This document shows, piece by piece, positions 56,526 through 64,000 of a stretch of 64,000 nt of DNA. The stretch lies in contig JAKMXF010000210.1 of the NCBI GenBank assembly GCA_024704765.1, forward strand, positions 558,001 to 622,000. Reading direction: 5' to 3'. Under the pieces are notes generated by a model. The model did not search any database. It was not told where the DNA came from and saw only the letters and a list, made by a program, of their open reading frames with translations. The position numbers were made by a program, and so were the translations under genes. The stretch's first letter is position 1; each line of letters opens with the position of its first letter. The stretch comes from Oopsacas minuta. Its lineage: Eukaryota; Animalia; Porifera.

Positions 56526-58754
56526 ATGGATGATGATGTATTCGATGGCAATTCTCCACAAATTTGTATCAACCGAACTGCATACAATGCCAAAACATTA
56601 GATGAAACTTATCCACCAACTCCAGCTCTCTCAATCCCGCAACAAGTTAAAAGTTTATTGAAATCTCACTGTAGATTTGATGGTGCCTGCATTGGAAGAT
56701 TCTTTCTCGCTCGCTTTCCAATATTCAAATGGATATACTCTTACAGGCTACGTAGATACTTATTGGGTGACATTCTTTCTGGCACGACGGTATCCATGCT
56801 CCACCTCCCACAGGGCATGGCTTATGCTCTGCTAGCACTACAACATCCTGTATATGGATTATATACCAGCTTCTTATTCTCATTCATATATCCAATATTT
56901 GGTACTTCTAGACACGCATCTCTTGGAACTTTTGCTGTAGTAGCTTTACTAACTTCAAATGCTATCCGTGAGATAGCTACAGTCGCTACCATTAGCAATT
57001 CTTGTTCTATGAACAACTTTACTAATATCTCTCGAAATTCTACTCTAGCATTTACACCAGATGTGCTAGAGAGGATTGCTATAGCCAGCACACTCACGTT
57101 CCTTATTGGTTGTATATTCCTTATATTTGGTGTCTTAAGACTTGGTTTTATTTCTAATCTACTCTCTCGTCCTTTCACGCGTGCCTACGTGGCGGGAGCA
57201 GGCGTGCATGTATTCGTAGCTCAGATAGACACTCTGTTTGGTATAACAATCTGTGACGTAATACCTACTATATTCAAGGTACCTTATCAATTATATTTTA
57301 TAGCAGAACAGATAGTTATGCTGCGGATCACTTGGCTGTCTATTGTAATATCGATTATTAGTATTATCGTACTTTACATAGTAAAATTCTTGGATGACTT
57401 CTTGCAGAAAAAGAAATTTCCATTCCCAATTCCAGTCCAATTGGTACTCATCGTTATTTTCACAATTGCTTCCTACTTTGCGAAATTTGAAGCTAACTTT
57501 GGTGTGGAAATAGTAGGCTATATTCCGCGTGGAGTTCCAAGCTTTATGTTACCTAACCCCAGTTATTTCCTGCCTCTTCTTGATAATGCCATTATCATAA
57601 CAGTCGTGTCATACTCTACTGGTATCTCCATGATACAAGTTCTAGCCGACAAGCATGATTATAAAGTCGATGCAAATCAAGAGCTATTCGCTAACGGTAT
57701 GTGTAACTTTATTTCCTCCTTCTTCTTCTCTATACCTGGTAGCGTATCATTCTCCAGAAGCCTTATACAGAATGGCAGTGGGGGTAAGACTCAGCTAGCC
57801 AGTATATTTGCTGGTTTTATCATACTCCTGTGTTTGGTCGCGATAGCCCCTCTTTTCGAGTCCCTACCTACGCCCGTACTAGCTTCTACTGTCGTAGTTG
57901 CTCTCCACGGACTGTATTTGCATGTGTTAGATCTGCCATTTTACTGGAAAATATCGAAATACGATCTGTTCATATGGATAGTCACATTCCTATCTACCGT
58001 AATTATCAATGTGGAAATAGGACTAGCTTGTGGTCTAGTTGTGAGTCTTATTGTGTTTGTTGTAAGGACTATTCTTGTATCCCCTGTACTCCTGGGGAAC
58101 CTAGCTTCTTCAGAGTTGTATGTCAATGTCAAAGAGTTTGAAGATGTCACTGTCAAATCATCTGTCAAAATAATTCGTCACTCAAGTCCATTATATTTCG
58201 CAAATGCTTCCAAACTCAAGAATTTTATTATGGAACAACTTCCTAACAATCCTAGCGCAGAGGTAGATCTGGGGTGTGGTCCTGCTTTATATAGAGGTGT
58301 ACAACACCTCAGGAATAGGAAGAATAACAAACATATACAATTAGAACAGATTAACTCATTTAAGAATTCGGAATCAACAACAGCTAACATTACTACACCA
58401 ACAACACCTCAAGATAATATGTTTGTAAACAAGTTCTGTGTTATTCTGGATTGTTCCTGTATTCCTTTCATTGACTCAGTGGGTGGTACAACTCTATGCG
58501 ATATAAACAGCTGTTTGACAAAGAAAGATTATCTCTTCTACCTGACAGGAGCTTCACGAGGATTGAGGGAGGATTTGATAAGAGCTAGCGGTCAGAAATG
58601 GGAAAATATTCTAGAATGTATATTCCCGTCTATACAAGATGCATTGAGTGCACTCAAACAACCGACTAAACATCCACTAGTTAGAATTACTTTGAATCCT
58701 TGTCTCATCCAGCACGCTCTGGTAAAACACGGAGCTAGGGAAAGTAGTGTTTAA
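56526..58754 (+). CDS. SLC26: SLC26 anion transporter (sulfate permease/prestin family) with STAS domain
   Basis: GDILSGTTV...PQGMAYALLA, FGTSRHASLG, DANQELFANG, SFSRSLI, GGKTQLAS, and STAS motifs LYFANA and ILDCSCIPFIDSVG. Confidence 0.93.
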   Translation: MDDDVFDGNSPQICINRTAYNAKTLDETYPPTPALSIPQQVKSLLKSHCRFDGACIGRFFLARFPIFKWIYSYRLRRYLLGDILSGTTVSMLHLPQGMAYALLALQHPVYGLYTSFLFSFIYPIFGTSRHASLGTFAVVALLTSNAIREIATVATISNSCSMNNFTNISRNSTLAFTPDVLERIAIASTLTFLIGCIFLIFGVLRLGFISNLLSRPFTRAYVAGAGVHVFVAQIDTLFGITICDVIPTIFKVPYQLYFIAEQIVMLRITWLSIVISIISIIVLYIVKFLDDFLQKKKFPFPIPVQLVLIVIFTIASYFAKFEANFGVEIVGYIPRGVPSFMLPNPSYFLPLLDNAIIITVVSYSTGISMIQVLADKHDYKVDANQELFANGMCNFISSFFFSIPGSVSFSRSLIQNGSGGKTQLASIFAGFIILLCLVAIAPLFESLPTPVLASTVVVALHGLYLHVLDLPFYWKISKYDLFIWIVTFLSTVIINVEIGLACGLVVSLIVFVVRTILVSPVLLGNLASSELYVNVKEFEDVTVKSSVKIIRHSSPLYFANASKLKNFIMEQLPNNPSAEVDLGCGPALYRGVQHLRNRKNNKHIQLEQINSFKNSESTTANITTPTTPQDNMFVNKFCVILDCSCIPFIDSVGGTTLCDINSCLTKKDYLFYLTGASRGLREDLIRASGQKWENILECIFPSIQDALSALKQPTKHPLVRITLNPCLIQHALVKHGARESSV

Positions 58755-58974
58755 TTTGTGTACTTACTGTGTTTTAGCAGTTCTCCTACTCATAAGCTTG
58801 TAGATATATGTATATTCAATTCACATAACTAATCTACTTCACATACTATCGCAATACTAATATACAAAAACATAAATAATGAAATATATGAATCTCCAGT
58901 TTCAAATTGACTCATTTCTATAACCTAAATATCTAGTTTATATAATGTTCTGAACTATTACTTGCTAGTGGAAA

Positions 58975-61900
58975 TCAATGCCAGTTAAGAACATTGACGT
59001 GACCGTATTGGTCCCCTACTAGTAGATACAAGTGAGTGGACTTGGAGGAGGGGGAGGGGTAGATTTTCGCGTGGGTAACGGGGGACTTGCATCTGTACTC
59101 TCCAGTCTGTTCTAGAGTCAAGTTTTGATTCTGTGTAGAGAGGGACCAGAATTTAACTTTAGTGTCCATACCACATGAGATGAGCTGATTGTTTGACAAC
59201 AACAGAGCTGTAATTTTCTTGTCATGAAGTTTGAATCTATTAAACTCATTACTATCATCTTCTGTAAAGGCCACAGCTGTACCTGTTGAATCTCCGATTA
59301 TTTTGAATCTTTGGTAGATAACAAAATGTGTGGGGAATGCTCTCTTAGGATATTTAGCACTTCTACTCTTCTTTGACTTATCTTCTGTTTCTGTATAGAA
59401 CCCCTCTATGCTAGGAGTACTGAATGTATTGGTGAGAGTGTTGTTGAACCCTATGACAGCTAGCTTCTTGTCCATGCTAAGCAAGTAGAGATCTTGGTTG
59501 TGGAAACTCATAGACATTACCCAATCTTTGAATCCTGGATCAAGTATAGTAAGCTGAGGTAGTTTTCCTGCTTCTATTGCAGACATATCGTAAACTATTA
59601 TTTTCCCAGACCAGTAGCCAACCATCAGCTGACTCTTACTGCTGAGATATCCTAGTGTCGTGATTGAACCCATCGTCACTTCCTGCACCGACCGACGTAT
59701 CCTGGGGTACCCCTGATTGGGATTGTACCCCCAGCAAATCAGCTTGGAGTCCTCTCCGGCTGTGCAGAAGCACTTGTCTGTAGGATAACAACTAACTGTA
59801 GGAGCCCTTTCGTGTCCAGTTAAGCTGTGTATCTTTTTGAGTATTAGCTAAAGCAAAATTCAATAATTACGTATATTAATTCTGAAGTAATTAGCTCACA
59901 TTGTTAGGAGATCGCGTAGAAGTTCCTACTCTCCATGATACATCCCATAATGATACAGCTGTTTCCCGTGAAGTCATAATAATTCTGTTTCCTGTTGGAG
60001 AGATTGACAGAGAAGAGATAGGAGCATTATGGCAATGGAATGACTCATAAGGATTCTCTTGATCCAATTCTGGTTGCCATAGTTTGACACTAGTATCCAT
60101 TGAAGAGGTTATGAAGTGGTTGTTGGGTGTAGTAGCTAGTGACACAATCCTGTCTCCATGACCCGTTATGCTACAAATCTCATTAGCAGTGAAAGGCTGC
60201 CATAACTTTAAACTCCCATCATCAGATGCTGTAGCTACTTTTATATCTTCCAATCTGATTGTCTTCCTCTTTCTAGATGGATCATTCTCCTCATCATCAT
60301 CATCTGCCCAATCGTATCTCCATCCTTGAGATTCAGTGTCCTGTTTAACCTACTTAACAGGATTAATACAACTCTAATACAATAAGTTATACGGGGCATG
60401 TACCTTAGATTGTCTCGTTAGAGTTTCAGAGCTAGATGCCATGTGAATGTCACACGAATTGACACGTTGTTTATGACAATATAGAGTAGTGATCTCCACC
60501 CCTCTATGAGTCCATATCTTGACTGTACCATCCAAACAAGCAGAACCGACGACTCCATTAGTAAACACTACTTCGTTAATAGAGCTGGTGTGACCTATAA
60601 AACTGCCTTTCTCCTTTGCATCCTTTGCTTCTTTAACATTCCACATTTTGAGAGTGAAGTCCTGAGATCCTGTAATAACGAAGTCTCCAGAGTCTGAGTA
60701 AGCGCAGCAGCTTATCCAATCCTATCGTATACTCGCATCAAATATATTTATATATTTATAGCTAACAACATTAGTTACATTATACACACCTTATGTCCTG
60801 CGTCAATACATTTCATAACTTTATGGTTAAGTGTGTCCCAGATAATGATATTACAATCCTGACTAACTGACACCAGCTTCATCCCGTCAGGAGAGAAGCA
60901 TACTCCTGTGACAATTGACACGTGTCCTCTCAGAACTGCATCAGGTAGAGATACCTCCCCTTTTAGCTTCTTTCCTCGAACGTCACTACTCCATAGACAA
61001 ACAGTGTAATCAGCTGCGCCTGTAGCGATGTGGTGCAGATTCCAAGCCAAACAGTAGACTCCTGCTTCATGGGATTTTAATATTTTAGTGTTTTTCCCTG
61101 TTTCTGTGTCATATGCCATCACGACGCCATCATCATAACTGAATTAATTAGACATTATAAATAACTGTAATGTATAAATAATTATAATTAGAGATATGGT
61201 AGAGAAGGTTTGCTTGGTAGTTATAGACGGGTGGGGTATTTCAGAAGAGACAGAAGGGAATGCAATTAAAAACGCAAAAACACCAGTTATGGATGAGCTA
61301 TGCACGCTGAGTCCTAGCTATCTTACTCTCAACGCCTCGGGACTAGCTGTTGGTCTGCCTGATGGGTTGATGGGGAACAGTGAGGTAGGGCATCTTAATC
61401 TGGGGGCAGGTCGTCCTGTGTATCAGGACATTGTACGTATAAACCTTACTTGTGAACAGAATGAATTAGGGAAGCAAGCTAACCTAGTTAAGGCATTTGA
61501 TATATGTAAGAGTGGAAATGGGAGATTGCATTTGATGGGTCTGGTGAGTGATGGGGGAGTTCATTCACATATTAACCATCTGTTCGCGTTTCTACAAACT
61601 GCAAAAGCTGCAGCAATTCCACACACATACATACACTTCATTTCTGACGGAAGAGACACAAAACCAACCTCTGGAATCAGTCATGTTTCTAAACTACATG
61701 ACTTCCTTAAGCAGGCCAATTACGGGTCCCTAGCTACGGTGGTGGGTCGTTACTATGCTATGGACAGAGACAAACGACACGAGCGAGTAAAGAAGGCGTA
61801 TGAGGGGTTCGTCCAAGGAATCGGAGAGAATGTAGATTCTATAGAAGCAGTAGTAGAATTGATGAAGTCAAGATATGAAGCTGAAGGTGACAACAAACAA

Positions 61901-64000
61901 ACTGACGAGTTTATGCAGCCAATAATTGTAGACATGGACGGGCGTATAAGAGATGGAGATGTACTGCTATTCTTTAATTACAGATCAGATCGTATGAGGC
62001 AGATAGTAGAGGCATTCGGTATCAATCCTCAGTTCGAAACTAACGTTCTAGCTAAGAACTTGCATATTCTGTGCATGACGCAGTATAAAGAAGATTTCCC
62101 ATTCGACATAATATTCCCTCCACAAGTTAATACTAATGTAATAGCAGAATGGCTATCTGTAAATCATATCCCTCAATTCCACTGTGCAGAGACGGAGAAG
62201 TATGCACATGTTACGTTCTTCTTTAACGGGGGTCAGGAGAAGCAGTTCGAGGGGGAGGAGAGATCCTTAGTCCCTTCCCCCAAAGTAGCTACATACGATC
62301 TAAAACCTGAGATGAGTGTTATGGAAGTAGCAGAAGAAATGTGTAAAGCAATCAAATCTGGTAAGTACCCGTTTCTAATGTGTAACCTAGCTCCACCAGA
62401 TATGGTAGGACACACAGGCAAATATGATCCTTGTGTATTAGCCTGTCAAAGCACTGACGTAGCTATAGGGATGATGCGAGAAGCTTGTAAGACTTCTGGA
62501 TACACACTGCTTGTTACAGCTGATCACGGGAATGCAGAGAAGATGTACAGTGAGACAGGAGGACCCCATACAGCACACACCACTAACAGAGTACCATTCT
62601 GTATGTATGGGTCTAAGAGAGAATTCAAGAAGTGTGAGCATGACCCCGCACTGTGTGACGTAGCTCCTACCATTCTAACTCTAATGGGATTTAATCCACC
62701 CAAACAGATGACTGGACAGAATCTCCTTAGTTAAGATTCAAAGATTGTGATAGTATACTTAAGAATTGGTTAATAATATTGTGTATTAGTTATGTTAATA
62801 AGATTTCAGTAGTAATGTATAGTTATACTTACCCCACAACACATGTATCCCCGCTTCTAGGAGACCACTCCAGACATCTAGCAGCAAAATTTCTCTTGTC
62901 TATTTTCATCTGTAGAGCTCCATTCCACGTAGAATAAGTGCAAACTAGTCCCTCGTAATAACCGGCGAGTATAAACTGACCGCAAGGACTGAATTTAACC
63001 TTCATGGCGTATCCTGCTCCCGGGGAGGAGATTGAGAGGAGAGGTTTACCTATTAAACCAGACCAAACCTTAGCTTTGCAATCTTCACTTCCTGTAACCA
63101 GGAACTGTCCATTGGGCGTGTAACACAAGCTTGTCAGAGGTAGATTGTGTCCTATAATTGATCCCACTTGAGTCCCTGCCTTAGTTGACCATATCTTAAC
63201 CTCTCCGTTGAGTGACGCACTAGCTACATGTCTGCCTGAGGGGGCGTAGGCTACTGCTCTGACGGCTGAAGTATGCCCCTTCATGATCTTGAGTTTCCTC
63301 TGATTAAATGTATCCCACATTCTGACATTACAATCCCAGCCTCCGAATACAGCTAGCTGGTTATCAGGATGTAGTGCTACACAGTTAAGAGGTTTTACTG
63401 CTATTTTAAGTTGTGATACAAATGCACCTGTCTTTGAATTCCACACACATCCAGTACAATCCCAACTAGCTGATATTATTTGCTTGCCATTACTTCCTGC
63501 TACACATTGAGATATTTTCTTAGAATGCTTCTTCATAACTGATATTCTGTGTCCGTCTATCACATCCCAGAGACAGAGAGTCTTGTCTTCTGAAGCTGAA
63601 CACATCCTTGTATCACCTACAAACCAAATATTGCATAGATGCATATACATCATATAACAATGTGCCGTAATTACCTGAGAAACATAAACTGACGATAGGA
63701 CCAGCATGTCCTACAAATGTCTTGGCTTCTTCTCCTGTGTTTATGATGTATAGCTTGATTAGACAGTCATTTGTACCACAGGCTAAATGCCTACCATCCT
63801 ATTTGCAAATATGTTAATTAGTCATATACTATACTTTATGATATTTGATATATATTTACCTGTGAGACCGCGAGACACTTTGCGACATGTCCCTGTTGTC
63901 CAATTGTCATCTGATCTAACACCTCTCTGGAAGGCTTGTTCTCCCAGAAAGCTAACTGTCCTAAGGAGTCTCCCTTCCTTGAGGTCAATATCCGCTCTCC
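58975..64000 (-). CDS. TEP1: Telomerase protein component 1 (TEP1)-like, 3' WD40 region, 5'-partial
   Basis: Many WD40 repeats. LVTGSEDCKAKVWSGLIGKP and terminal LLVGDQYGHVNVLNWH resemble TEP1. In-frame exons: 64000-63860, 63798-63675, 63616-62833, 61138-60790, 60721-60404, 60349-59900, 59847-58975. Confidence 0.83.
61196..62734 (+). CDS. gpmI: Cofactor-independent phosphoglycerate mutase (iPGM), intronless, nested in a TEP1 intron
   Basis: LVVIDGWG, MGNSEVGHLNLGAGR, GRYYAMDRD, FNYRSDRMRQ, ETEKYAHVTFFFNGG, DMVGHTG, TADHGNAE. Confidence 0.97.
   Translation: MVEKVCLVVIDGWGISEETEGNAIKNAKTPVMDELCTLSPSYLTLNASGLAVGLPDGLMGNSEVGHLNLGAGRPVYQDIVRINLTCEQNELGKQANLVKAFDICKSGNGRLHLMGLVSDGGVHSHINHLFAFLQTAKAAAIPHTYIHFISDGRDTKPTSGISHVSKLHDFLKQANYGSLATVVGRYYAMDRDKRHERVKKAYEGFVQGIGENVDSIEAVVELMKSRYEAEGDNKQTDEFMQPIIVDMDGRIRDGDVLLFFNYRSDRMRQIVEAFGINPQFETNVLAKNLHILCMTQYKEDFPFDIIFPPQVNTNVIAEWLSVNHIPQFHCAETEKYAHVTFFFNGGQEKQFEGEERSLVPSPKVATYDLKPEMSVMEVAEEMCKAIKSGKYPFLMCNLAPPDMVGHTGKYDPCVLACQSTDVAIGMMREACKTSGYTLLVTADHGNAEKMYSETGGPHTAHTTNRVPFCMYGSKREFKKCEHDPALCDVAPTILTLMGFNPPKQMTGQNLLS

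Noticed and set aside
5006-62641. Many short ORFs antisense or out of frame to real genes (e.g. 5006-5278, 12412-12678, 23537-23887, 31674-32030, 39287-41037, 48698-50914, 56822-58390, 61753-62641)
   Set aside because: They are shadows of long coding regions with no recognisable motifs. Several start at TTG/GTG, which is unlikely in this eukaryotic context.
1-64000. CRISPR arrays, rRNA, autonomous transposase or reverse transcriptase genes
   Set aside because: None seen. The only regular repeats are the segmental duplication, the polyQ tract and a short intronic (TAT)n at 9-30.

Overview
Eukaryotic, AT-rich, very gene-dense animal DNA with tiny introns (mostly 50-70 bp) and many intronless genes. 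The style suggests a compact early-branching metazoan genome such as a glass sponge; this is inference only. I find 27 protein-coding genes (24 on +, 3 on -). In order: 3' part of a CI-M6P receptor (two antisense tRNA-Ile genes in one intron), three tandem Ig-FN3 surface-protein paralogues, RRS1, a NOX, ELP1, an orphan TM protein, cyclin B3, SUPT7L, a divergent Maf/CNC bZIP, HSPA13, ZDHHC16, INTS7, CMPK1, SNX1/2, an orphan acidic-zipper protein, RWDD2, PPP1R16-like, a homeobox gene, TBC1D2, a CAP-Gly protein, URM1, CAPS2, an SLC26, and the 3' part of TEP1 with iPGM nested antisense in one of its introns. No rRNA or CRISPR array. Main leads: (1) the Ig-FN3 cluster looks like a paired-receptor or allorecognition set (ITSM+ITIM-tailed, tail-less and secreted forms) with amino-acid changes concentrated in Ig loops while the flanks are about 99% identical; (2) two exons missed by the ORF track add a LisH-like motif to a polyQ protein with a POU-type homeodomain but no POU-specific domain; (3) co-oriented genes with splice-acceptor-like YAGs just before the ATG hint at SL trans-splicing or operons. 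All domain calls and alignments were made by eye; no searches were run.
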